A stretch of 64,000 nt of DNA from an uncultured virus (IMG/VR IMGVR_UViG_3300030110_004015) (taxonomy: Duplodnaviria > Heunggongvirae > Uroviricota > Caudoviricetes > Crassvirales), in the IMG/VR virus record IMGVR_UViG_3300030110_004015; one strand, 5' to 3'. How positions within the stretch are numbered: the stretch's first letter is position 1; the number at the start of each line of letters is the position of its first letter. Shown here piece by piece: positions 51,001 to 59,497 of this stretch. A program made the translations under genes and the position numbers. The notes beneath the pieces were generated by a model, which searched no databases, was not told the DNA's origin, and saw nothing but the letters and a program-made list of their open reading frames with translations.

Positions 51001-54000
51001 ATGAAATGATCATAAATAAAACTAGAGCTAAAGAAATAGGTGCTGTTAGTGTTGGTTCGCATGAGTTGTTACATGCTATAATGAGAAACTCATTGAGAGA
51101 TAAAAAGAGCGGTAGAATGTCTCAAGAAGGTGAAGAGCTAGTAAATAACTTTTTAGGATCTTTATCTTCTCAAGAAAGAGCTATTATTGAAAAAAGAATA
51201 GAAGATAATTATAAATATGATAGTTACGAAGTTGGTGAAGACGGTGTTAGAAAAGGTGTTGGTGAGGCAAAGCCATTTGCTGAGTACGGTGAAGAATATT
51301 TAAATTCATACGTTGATGCTATAAGAAAAGGTGAGATAAGAACACCTGAATCTACATTTGAAAGGATGGGTGAAAAAATTGGTGATTGGTTTAAAACAAA
51401 AAAAGGTTTTGAAAATATAGAGTTTGAAGGTTTTGAAAGCGTGAGAGATTTTTTAAGAACATATACTTCTGAAGTAAAAGCTGGTGATGTAAGCCAAAGA
51501 ATATTAGATATTGCAGGGCCAATAACAAGAGAAAGAACGCCTAATTATAAAATGGCAGCTTCAAAAACATCACCAAACGCTTTTGAAAATGCTGAAGTTG
51601 TAAGTGATTTAGGTTTAAAAGGTGAAACAGCAAAAATAGTAGAAAGAAATAAAGCCATAGAAGAACGTATAATAAGAGAAGGTGAAACAGATGCTGATGG
51701 CAACGTGATGGCGTCTACTAGAATGCAACAAGAGCTTGCTCGTAATAATCTACCTAGAGCTTTTGCTTTAGCTAGACAAGCTGCTGGTAAAGGTAATGAT
51801 CTTACTCTTGAAGAAGGTTTAAAGATGAACGATGTTTCTGAGTGGTTTGGTGAATATAGTTTAAAACTTACTGAACTAGCTAGAACATATAGGCCTATAG
51901 TTAAAGATAAAGATGGCAACTTAAAAAGAATACCATTTGGTGCTTACATGAACTCTTTACTACCAAGAAAATATTCTGGTATATTAAATAGATTAAAAAG
52001 CAAAGTGCAAGCTTCTAGTATGGCGGAAGAAACTACCGCTAAAGAAGTTGGTAAACAAGCCGCTCCTACATATGAGCTTTCTAATAATGAGGTTGAAGGT
52101 AAAAAGGTAGCTTTAAATACTATAGGGCAAAACGAAGTGCAACAACAATTAGTAAATATAGTTAAAGGTATTCCTTTTCTTTCTAAACTTCGTAAATATA
52201 AAGAAGTTAAAAGCGAGTTAGTATCTCATAATAAAGCTAAGAAAAAATCAAATAGAAAACCAACTGGTAAATTGTATCCAGCACTAGAAGCTGTGTCAGC
52301 TATATTTGGTATAGATCCAATGAGAATAATAGAAGAAAAAGATCTAGACACAATGCAGAGAAAAGCTGCTCAAGACGCAATATTAAAAAATACTAACGAA
52401 ATAATATCTATGATGCCGTTTGGTACTACCGCTAGTGGTGATGCCACCGGTATAGCCAACACTAAGTTAGGAATATTTTACAAAAAAGGACAAAGAACAA
52501 AAATGAGTGCTACCGGTACTGGTAAAGGATTAGCAACGCAGGTAAAGCAAAATATAGACCCTAATAAATTTAGAGAATTAGTTGGTCTTGTAAAAGGTGG
52601 TCGTGTTAACAATACATCTGTTGATGGTGCTATTAGAGCTATAGTAGTACAAGTAGCAACTATAGCTTCTAATCAGGCTATAAGACAAACGTATGGTCCA
52701 GAAACACTACCATTAAAAGATGGTAAAGCTTCAGCTATGTATTCTAAAACATATTCAAAGGCTGATAGCGCTATACTTCAAGAGCTTGGTCAACTTAGTA
52801 GAATGATGAAAGAAGAGCAAGGACTATGGCCAGCTATAGTAAAAAGATTTGGCTACACGCCTGTAAATATGAAAAGCGAAGGTGGTAGATACGATATGGA
52901 AAACTGGGTATTTAGTAGTTTAACCCAATATTTACCATTGTCTTTTTTTCAACATAGCGGCACTTGGACAGGAACTTCGGCTGGAGCCTTAGAAGCTGAT
53001 GGTACGGAAATTAGATTACATAAAGGTAACTACTTATATAAAAACACAAAAGAATTAAACGAGGCTATAGACTACTATATACAAGACGGTAGAGCTTGGA
53101 AAGGAGAAACTATGTCAGAAAAAGACAAGCAAGACATAGCTAACGCTCTTAAAAGAGTTTCGTTAAACGAATCTAGTCTTGCGGACACTGAGTTTAAAGC
53201 TAGTAAAAAAAGAGGCTTTGAATTAATTTGGAAGCAACTAGACAAAATGGTAGAAGACAATCCTGATAATTTACCATATATTGCAGCAATGTTAAGTTCT
53301 GCTAGTGCTTACCAAGGTCATTTTATGAGAACTGGATCTGTAAACGAGTTTGCAAATTTAGAAGATGGAAAAACAGTAGAAGAGCATCAACAACCCGCAA
53401 GTGATTTAGCTAAGTTTTTATTTAATAGATTAGCTGAAAGAAGATTGTTTGGTAAAAATGGAACTTTTAAAAACGCTGTAAAAGGTTATCAACAAGGAAA
53501 ACTACTTGATGTTGATGATAAAAAACTTAAACTTGGAAAAGAGTGGAGTTATCAGTCAGATGCTGGTGAATATATGTATCCTATATTTATGGGTACAATG
53601 CCTATATGGGTTAGATACTTTAACCCAAATGTTAATAACAATAAAGGAGGTATAAATCCTAACGCGTATAAATTATCTAATGGAAATACTATAGCAGAAG
53701 AATTTGGTGTTGGCGTGAGCAAAAATCTACAAACACCTACTGTTATAGCTGAACAACAAGATTTATTATATAGAATATTTACAAACCAAGTAACACAAAA
53801 ACAAGCTACAAAAGCTATAAATAATTTTGCTAATCTTAAAATAAAAGAAAGTGTTGGTGATCAGGCTATACTAGACAATGCTATCGCTGCATCTAGGACA
53901 ACAGGAGATCCAAAGGGTATTACAGTGCTAGATTTTGATGACACATTAGCTACGACAAAATCTGGAGTTAGAGCTAGAATACCAAATCCTACTGGAGATC

Positions 54001-57000
54001 CTAAACCAAGAAGAAAAGTTATATTTTTAGCAGGTGGAGCTGGTAGTGGAAAATCAAACGTTGTAAGCAAATTAGGATTAGAAAATCAAGGGTTTAAAAT
54101 AGTAAATCAAGATATATCTTTAGAGTGGTTAAAAAAGAATAATGGTTTACCAGAAAATATGAACGATCTTACTAAAGAACAAAAAAGCACGTTAGGTTCT
54201 TTGCAACATCAAGCGAGAGGTATTGCTAAAAGAAAAATGATGAAATACCAAGGTCAAGGTGATGGCGTTGTTGTTGATGGTACAGGTGGATCACTAAGCG
54301 TTATGACAAAACTTGTTGAGCAATTTGAGGCTGATGGATATGATGTTAGTATGTTATTTGTAGGAACCTCTGTTGAAACCGCTTTAGAAAGAAATGCTAA
54401 TAGAAAAGAAAGATCTTTGTTAGATGTAATAGTTAGAAAAAACCACGAAGCTGTACAAGGTAATAAAAAAGGATTTAAATCAATATTTGGTAATAACTTC
54501 ATGGAAGTAAGCACTGATAAGTTATCGCAACAAGATCCTATGCCTAAAAATCTTGTTAACAAAATGAATGACTTTGTTAGTGGTTATGAAAAAAGAAGAT
54601 TAGATGCCGAGCAGTTTGCTTCTGAAGGAGCTGATATATTAGAACAGGGTGGTGAGTTTGATTTTTCAGAATTTAATATAGTTGTAGAAGGACAAACAGC
54701 ACCACTGTTTAATAAAGCAATGAAACTACAAAAAAAGTTTGGTAGTAAAGATATGTTTGTTTTAACAGCAAGACCATCAGAATCAGCACCACACATATAT
54801 GAATTTTTAAAAGCAAATGGTTTAAATATACCTTTGAAAAATATAACTGGACTTGCTAATTCTACACCTGAAGCAAAAGCTTTATGGATGGCTGGTAAAG
54901 TTGGTGAAGGTTATAATGATTTTTACTTTGCTGACGATGCTTTGCAAAATGTGCAAGCTGTGCAAAATATGTTAGATCAGTTTGATGTTAAATCAAAAGT
55001 GCAACAAGCTAAGGTTAACTTTAGTAAAACAATGAACGATTCATTTAATGATATACTACAAGATGTAACCGGTATTGAGTCTGAAAAAAGATTTGGAGCT
55101 ACTAAAGCTAGAAAACGTGGAGCGAGTAAAGGTAAGTTTAGATTTTTTATACCACCATCACACGAGGATTTTGTAGGCTTATTGTATAATTTTATGGGTA
55201 AAGGTGAGCAGGGTAATAAACATAGAGACTTTTTTGAAGAAGCTTTAGTTAGACCTTTAAATAGAGCAAATAGAGAATATGATACTGCAAGACAAACTAT
55301 TGCTAACGATTATAAAGCTTTAAATAAACAGTTTCCAAGTATTAAAAAGAAGTTTAATAAAAAAACACCAGATGGTGATTTTACTTTTCAAGATGCTATA
55401 AGAGTTTATTTATGGGACAAGCATGGTTATAGTATTCCAGGTTTAAGTAAACCAGATCAAGAGGCTTTGGTTAATATAGTAAGGTCTGACGCTGAATTAA
55501 AAACATATGCAGACGCTTTAAATATAATATCTAAAAGAAGCGATTACGTTAATCCTACAGAGGGTTGGGATTCTGGAGATATAAGAATGGATTTAGACGA
55601 TGCTACCGGTAGAGTTGGTAGAGCAGAATATTTTGCCGAGTTTAACGAAAACGCTGAAGTAATATTTTCTGAAGAAAATTTAAATAAAATAGAAGCTGCT
55701 TATGGTAAAAACGTTAGAAGTGCTTTAGAAGATATGCTTTATAGAATTAAAACTGGTAGAAATAGACCTAGTGGTCAAAATGCTATTGTAAATAGATTTA
55801 TGAACTATTTAAATGGATCTGTTGGTTCTGTTATGTTTTTTAATATGAGATCTGCTTTACTACAGCAAATGTCTATGGTTAACTATATAAACTTTGCTGA
55901 TAACAATATATTTGCAGCTGCCAAAGCTTTTGCTAATCAACCTCAATACTGGAAAGATTGGGCATTTATATTCAACTCTGATATGATTAAACAAAGAAGA
56001 GGTGGTATTAGAACAGATGTTAACGGTAATGAACTTGCTCAAGCTGTTAGTAGGTCAAGACACCCAATGAGAACTTTAGTTTCTAAATTATTAGAACTAG
56101 GTTTTTTACCAACACAAATTGGTGATAATATAGCTATTGCAACCGGTGGTGCTACATATTATAGAAATAGAATAAACAAGTATATAAAAGATGGTATGAG
56201 CAAAAAAGAAGCTGAAGCGGCGGCTTTTACTGATTTTCAAAATATAACTCAATCAACACAGCAGTCAGCTAGACCTGATATGGTTTCACAGCAGCAAGCC
56301 TCTCCACTTGGTAAGGTTATATTAAATTTTCAAAACGTAACATCACAGTTTAATAGATTAGGTAAAAAAGCTTTTCAAGATATATATAATAGAAGAATAA
56401 CACCTCCTAATAGTACGCAATTACAGAGTGATGTTTCTAATGCCTCTAGAATAGCTTATTACTTTGCAATACAAAACGCTATATTCTATAGTTTACAAAC
56501 AGCGTTGTTTGCCATGATGTTTGATGATGATGAAGAAGATGAAAGATTTTTAAAGAAAAAAGAGAGAATGATAAATGGTAGTATTGACTCTGTATTGAGA
56601 GGTACTGGTGTTATGGGTGCCGTTATATCTACGTTAAAAAATATGGCTATTAAATTTGCAGCGCAAAGAGATGTTAAGTATAATCCAGACGAAAGCTCTG
56701 TGTTAATGGAAATGTTAAATGTTTCTCCAGTTGTAGGTATTAAAGCTAGAAAAATAACTAATGCTGAAAAAACTCTTAACTATAATAAAAAAGTTATTAA
56801 CCACATGGGTGATTTTGATATTGACAACCCACAGTGGTCAGCAGTTACAAATTATGTTGAAGCGTTTACGAATGTTCCTGTTAACAGATTATATAATAAA
56901 ACACAAAACATTAGACAGGCTTTAAATAATCAAAATGAATCTTGGCAAAGAGCTTTAATGTTTTTAGGTTGGAGTCAGTATAATCTTGGTATTGAAAATG

Positions 57001-57341
57001 TTAAAATACAAGACGTTAAAGAAGAGATAAAAATAGAAAATAAAAAAGTTAAAGAACAAAAGAAAATTCAAAAGAAATTAGAAAAAGAAAAAGTTAACGA
57101 AGCGGTAGTTGAAGAAAACAAAAAGAAGAGCGAAAAAGATGGTATTTGTGCTGCTGTAACTAGAAGCGGTAAAAGATGTAAAACAAAAGTAGTTGAAGGA
57201 AAAACTTTTTGTACAGTACATGAAAAAGTAGAAAAAAGCGAAACTGGTGAGAAAAAACAATGTAAAAAAATAAAGTCAGACGGTAAGAGATGTAAAATGC
57301 AAACTAATTCAAAGTCAGGTTTGTGTTACTATCATGATTAA
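48012..57341 (+). CDS. Giant polyvalent (putative injected cargo) protein: zincin, sigma-r2-like, HAD with inserted P-loop kinase, C-terminal C3H zinc fingers
   Basis: HELLH; DFDDT/LTAR/FADD; GGAGSGKS, VVDGT; two C-x8-RC-x9-C-x2-H repeats. Confidence 0.75.
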   Translation: MSLLKIYKTEDGKEHKVGPTSEARFLEENPSAQFVRDDYIFTKSADVNEFMVKPTFELENPLTKILENKKVKEKTSNNQFGYGIHEVQKGTDPSGNPIMETKQGWFKQEVEEEGVGVLKEPKVNYTHVDRDDVPSDVIEKHNNGVLDTYLSSIKNNEDPRENGVTTEMMIDVFQPSKEQKVKNNTEATKKIDEYLQIKNTPRPEADLDTKEIMSKNIRPIDPGDGGAIVDHSLHEKNTSWHANQEKNERSYTGKKIKEARQILENKKNKNKDFTYTEDDVHVQAIELMNRDIEIEHMNNVIIEAIERSDEEDGTWGDIDKTDFQKELYEDIQEHKKTLAKVDKNGVPEYIMKHKRSLDTTVKLIQNNDTWLLENGNELKAFNEKYVPKFKEIDDQLESEEYNGITNVFQTLQGINKKIEAYVEDGLDENSDSEDLKAYNALVSEYTQLYNQNKDKLEKYRNLYASREKLVFEYTQEKESKSFGETGDKTFQQAAEAYNTVRNKNNLLRQGYNKQLVHTKHDIENNEGDINDIPIIESALKRNNHNVALWGATLLDWGVTAAYSLEQLVTDAPIYLSELALKELGYDKEFSEMNDIEKLFATTHKIWKGQSEQKRNAYNSFREELLSNVKEPPQWGDQGTDEGNWGEYIAYQLVNFAPQAAMLVTMPQSSLSILSSMAAGQKYIELSDKNKSGAELTSYQILGSMMAAAGAEYYSEKYTQKLINKTWGNKSNVVERVGFIDGYKRFIKNMPGAAADRVGEGGSEVLATIFGDNLPAIMFQGDNTVGVFDNVDESFFNGLVMAEAMKIPSTFKHVVTPFMTPKNKDLITSKTKELMDLEFQLQTNETISDAAREAIEKKIEKITSEVGDILYETIDRVDDMTNKEKRAIMDATKEVTKEKAIAEDIAQDQSIPIETRKKLIKESQDRINLSHKKRIDLMKDVKIRQDLEVTEAAAKKIGTKTNVVNDRGDFVRRFKKSYPQSTETNPGLLDAYYDPNTNEMIINKTRAKEIGAVSVGSHELLHAIMRNSLRDKKSGRMSQEGEELVNNFLGSLSSQERAIIEKRIEDNYKYDSYEVGEDGVRKGVGEAKPFAEYGEEYLNSYVDAIRKGEIRTPESTFERMGEKIGDWFKTKKGFENIEFEGFESVRDFLRTYTSEVKAGDVSQRILDIAGPITRERTPNYKMAASKTSPNAFENAEVVSDLGLKGETAKIVERNKAIEERIIREGETDADGNVMASTRMQQELARNNLPRAFALARQAAGKGNDLTLEEGLKMNDVSEWFGEYSLKLTELARTYRPIVKDKDGNLKRIPFGAYMNSLLPRKYSGILNRLKSKVQASSMAEETTAKEVGKQAAPTYELSNNEVEGKKVALNTIGQNEVQQQLVNIVKGIPFLSKLRKYKEVKSELVSHNKAKKKSNRKPTGKLYPALEAVSAIFGIDPMRIIEEKDLDTMQRKAAQDAILKNTNEIISMMPFGTTASGDATGIANTKLGIFYKKGQRTKMSATGTGKGLATQVKQNIDPNKFRELVGLVKGGRVNNTSVDGAIRAIVVQVATIASNQAIRQTYGPETLPLKDGKASAMYSKTYSKADSAILQELGQLSRMMKEEQGLWPAIVKRFGYTPVNMKSEGGRYDMENWVFSSLTQYLPLSFFQHSGTWTGTSAGALEADGTEIRLHKGNYLYKNTKELNEAIDYYIQDGRAWKGETMSEKDKQDIANALKRVSLNESSLADTEFKASKKRGFELIWKQLDKMVEDNPDNLPYIAAMLSSASAYQGHFMRTGSVNEFANLEDGKTVEEHQQPASDLAKFLFNRLAERRLFGKNGTFKNAVKGYQQGKLLDVDDKKLKLGKEWSYQSDAGEYMYPIFMGTMPIWVRYFNPNVNNNKGGINPNAYKLSNGNTIAEEFGVGVSKNLQTPTVIAEQQDLLYRIFTNQVTQKQATKAINNFANLKIKESVGDQAILDNAIAASRTTGDPKGITVLDFDDTLATTKSGVRARIPNPTGDPKPRRKVIFLAGGAGSGKSNVVSKLGLENQGFKIVNQDISLEWLKKNNGLPENMNDLTKEQKSTLGSLQHQARGIAKRKMMKYQGQGDGVVVDGTGGSLSVMTKLVEQFEADGYDVSMLFVGTSVETALERNANRKERSLLDVIVRKNHEAVQGNKKGFKSIFGNNFMEVSTDKLSQQDPMPKNLVNKMNDFVSGYEKRRLDAEQFASEGADILEQGGEFDFSEFNIVVEGQTAPLFNKAMKLQKKFGSKDMFVLTARPSESAPHIYEFLKANGLNIPLKNITGLANSTPEAKALWMAGKVGEGYNDFYFADDALQNVQAVQNMLDQFDVKSKVQQAKVNFSKTMNDSFNDILQDVTGIESEKRFGATKARKRGASKGKFRFFIPPSHEDFVGLLYNFMGKGEQGNKHRDFFEEALVRPLNRANREYDTARQTIANDYKALNKQFPSIKKKFNKKTPDGDFTFQDAIRVYLWDKHGYSIPGLSKPDQEALVNIVRSDAELKTYADALNIISKRSDYVNPTEGWDSGDIRMDLDDATGRVGRAEYFAEFNENAEVIFSEENLNKIEAAYGKNVRSALEDMLYRIKTGRNRPSGQNAIVNRFMNYLNGSVGSVMFFNMRSALLQQMSMVNYINFADNNIFAAAKAFANQPQYWKDWAFIFNSDMIKQRRGGIRTDVNGNELAQAVSRSRHPMRTLVSKLLELGFLPTQIGDNIAIATGGATYYRNRINKYIKDGMSKKEAEAAAFTDFQNITQSTQQSARPDMVSQQQASPLGKVILNFQNVTSQFNRLGKKAFQDIYNRRITPPNSTQLQSDVSNASRIAYYFAIQNAIFYSLQTALFAMMFDDDEEDERFLKKKERMINGSIDSVLRGTGVMGAVISTLKNMAIKFAAQRDVKYNPDESSVLMEMLNVSPVVGIKARKITNAEKTLNYNKKVINHMGDFDIDNPQWSAVTNYVEAFTNVPVNRLYNKTQNIRQALNNQNESWQRALMFLGWSQYNLGIENVKIQDVKEEIKIENKKVKEQKKIQKKLEKEKVNEAVVEENKKKSEKDGICAAVTRSGKRCKTKVVEGKTFCTVHEKVEKSETGEKKQCKKIKSDGKRCKMQTNSKSGLCYYHD

Positions 57342-57362
57342 AAAACAAAGAAAACAAGTGAT
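57339..57362 (+). promoter_or_regulatory. Class II promoter-like motif
   Basis: TAAAAA-N12-AGTGAT before ATG 57373. Confidence 0.45.
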
Positions 57363-57372
57363 TTACAGATAT

Positions 57373-58455
57373 ATGAAGAAATTAATAATTTTACTAATGG
57401 TAATTGTTACTTCTTGTGCTGCTCCAAAAAAATGTTGCTCACAAGATTTGCAAAAACTTTTAAAGTTTTCTACGTTTTATGCTGCTGTAAACGGTGGTAC
57501 TTCCTTGTCTGATATAAAAGTGTTTTCTGTTGACAATGGTTTATCAACACAAACTATTTCAACTCCTTATGATTACAACTTTACAATAGGTTTACGTAAG
57601 ATAGCAAGGTTTGGCTATGAAAATAAAGCACAAACATTTTATGATGGCACGGAATCTAATTACAGTGATGCGGCTACTGTCGGTAAAGTTAAAGGAGTTG
57701 AATACTTATTTGAAGTAGATTACAAAAGGCAAGAGGGTATTGACTATATGGATCAACATCATTTTGTACGTTGGAGTTCTGATGATGGTTGTCCTAGTGG
57801 TTTGTGTGTTAATTACTTTGCTTTAAAAGTAGAATATTTACAAGACGGTTTTGCTGATGTAGAGTATTTCGAAGCATCAGAAAGATACAGACATCGTAAA
57901 GGTAAAAATTTATCTTGGAATATAGGGGCTGTTCATAGGTTATCAGAACCATATGGTTATGATCCGTTGGACGAGTGGATGTTATCAAACGGTAATTTAC
58001 ACTATACTTATCTAGCAATTCAAGAAGGATATACTGTGAACGTTGCTAATAGTGAATACTTTGATCCTAACGGAGTTTTAGTTGCAACTAGTCCTGAAGT
58101 ATGGGAAGCAGTTGTAATTCCAGAGGTGTTATCAGATTATGTTACAAAAAAACGTAATGAATTAGATAGATTAATACAGCACTCAATAGTTATTGGCTTT
58201 GATTACTATAAATATACAAAGAAAAACTGGTTACACGTTTGGGGTAACTTTATGCCTTGGCATTATAACGATGGTAGTGAATTTTCATATCACAATTTTA
58301 TAGAAGATGATCAGTGGTACGATTATTCGGGTGGGCTAATATACGGAATAAAACAAAATAAAAACTTAGGTTATTTTGTAGAAGGAAAATATAATAAGTA
58401 CTGGAATCGTGAGTGGTACGATTTTAAAATAGGATTAAATTACACAATTTTTTAA
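57373..58455 (+). CDS. Putative outer-membrane beta-barrel protein (start MKKLIILL)
   Basis: Signal peptide, aromatic amphipathic strands, terminal KIGLNYTIF with final Phe. Confidence 0.65.
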   Translation: MKKLIILLMVIVTSCAAPKKCCSQDLQKLLKFSTFYAAVNGGTSLSDIKVFSVDNGLSTQTISTPYDYNFTIGLRKIARFGYENKAQTFYDGTESNYSDAATVGKVKGVEYLFEVDYKRQEGIDYMDQHHFVRWSSDDGCPSGLCVNYFALKVEYLQDGFADVEYFEASERYRHRKGKNLSWNIGAVHRLSEPYGYDPLDEWMLSNGNLHYTYLAIQEGYTVNVANSEYFDPNGVLVATSPEVWEAVVIPEVLSDYVTKKRNELDRLIQHSIVIGFDYYKYTKKNWLHVWGNFMPWHYNDGSEFSYHNFIEDDQWYDYSGGLIYGIKQNKNLGYFVEGKYNKYWNREWYDFKIGLNYTIF

Positions 58456-58456
58456 A

Positions 58457-58738
58457 ATGGCAAAAGAATTAAATGAAGATACGGGTTTCGTATTAAGTAT
58501 AAAAACAATGATAGGTTTAGGTTTTGCAATAGCAACTTTAATAGGTATGTGGTTTACGCTTCAAGCAGATATTGCTGAAGCTAAAGAGTTGCCATCTCCA
58601 CCAGATCCAGAAGTAACTCGTATGGAGTTTGATATGAAAGATCAAATGATTCGTAACACGATTATGGAAACAAAAAAAGATGTTGAGGAAATTAAAGAAA
58701 CTCTAGATAAAATAGAAGATAAATTATATAACAGATAA
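58457..58738 (+). CDS. Small single-pass membrane protein with coiled coil
   Basis: TM segment MIGLGFAIATLIGMWFTL. Confidence 0.6.
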   Translation: MAKELNEDTGFVLSIKTMIGLGFAIATLIGMWFTLQADIAEAKELPSPPDPEVTRMEFDMKDQMIRNTIMETKKDVEEIKETLDKIEDKLYNR

Positions 58739-58743
58739 ATTAA

Positions 58744-59097
58744 ATGGAAAGACAAGATATGTCAAAGGTGTTGTATGTGTTGTTAATGATATTAGTATTT
58801 ATGGCATCACAAGCACTTGCACAAATAGAAGTAAAACATTTTAATGCTGGATGGAATAACGTTAACAGCGTTAAATGGTTTATGGATTTAGAAGATTGTA
58901 AAACCAAAGGAACGACAGATATAGCTAAAAATCCAAAAATAGCTAAAAAATATAAAATAGCAGTTGTGCCTACTATTATTATATTTAAAGACGGAGAAGA
59001 GGTTGCTAGGTTTCAAGCAGATTTATCATTTAAAATGGTAGCAACTAGAGAAGAAGTACAAGAAGAAATAGATAATCAATTAATGAGCGATTTTTAA
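58744..59097 (+). CDS. Exported thioredoxin-fold protein lacking CxxC
   Basis: Signal peptide; FNAGWN in place of WCxxC; KYKIAVVPTIIIFKDGEEVARF. Confidence 0.7.
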   Translation: MERQDMSKVLYVLLMILVFMASQALAQIEVKHFNAGWNNVNSVKWFMDLEDCKTKGTTDIAKNPKIAKKYKIAVVPTIIIFKDGEEVARFQADLSFKMVATREEVQEEIDNQLMSDF

Positions 59098-59098
59098 T

Positions 59099-59497
59099 AT
59101 GGGATATGTAATGAAAGGTTTTGGTGGGTTTGGTAACTCACCAGCTAAGAAAAAAGGACCTTGTTGGAAAGGTTATGAAATGGTAGGTATGAAAAAGAAA
59201 GGTAGTAGAACGGTTCCTAACTGTGTTCCTTCACCTGCTAAAAACAGTAATGAACCTAGAAAAACAACTAAAGGGCCTGGTAGAAATTTTAGGACTACAG
59301 AAGAAGGAGCGGGTATGACTGCAAAAGGTGTTGCTGCATACAAAAGAAAAAACCCTGGTAGTAAATTACAAACAGCTGTAACTGGTGATGTAAAACCTGG
59401 TAGTAAAGCAGCTGGTAGAAGAAAATCGTTTTGTGCTAGATCAAAAGGTTGGACTGGCGAAAGAGGTAAAGCCGCAAGAGCAAGATGGAAGTGTTAA
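59099..59497 (+). CDS. Basic SPxK-module protein
   Basis: MGYVMKGFGGFGNSPAK; PCWKGY...VPNCVP; SPAK; RRKSFCARS. Confidence 0.65.
   Translation: MGYVMKGFGGFGNSPAKKKGPCWKGYEMVGMKKKGSRTVPNCVPSPAKNSNEPRKTTKGPGRNFRTTEEGAGMTAKGVAAYKRKNPGSKLQTAVTGDVKPGSKAAGRRKSFCARSKGWTGERGKAARARWKC

Noticed and set aside
56811..56825. DFDID in the giant protein, identical to the catalytic motif of crAss-like virion RNA polymerases
   Set aside because: It lies near the C-terminus in an apparently helical region with no recognisable double-psi-barrel context, so probably coincidental. A structure prediction would settle it.
57334..57372. N-terminal extension of the beta-barrel ORF given in the ORF track
   Set aside because: The signal peptide begins at ATG 57373 and the extension overlaps a class II promoter motif.
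11791..58018. Many antisense or alternate-frame ORFs in the ORF track (e.g. 11791-12312, 17455-18012, 41048-41395, 51545-51919)
   Set aside because: Shadow ORFs of low-complexity or repeat-rich real genes; no motifs of their own.
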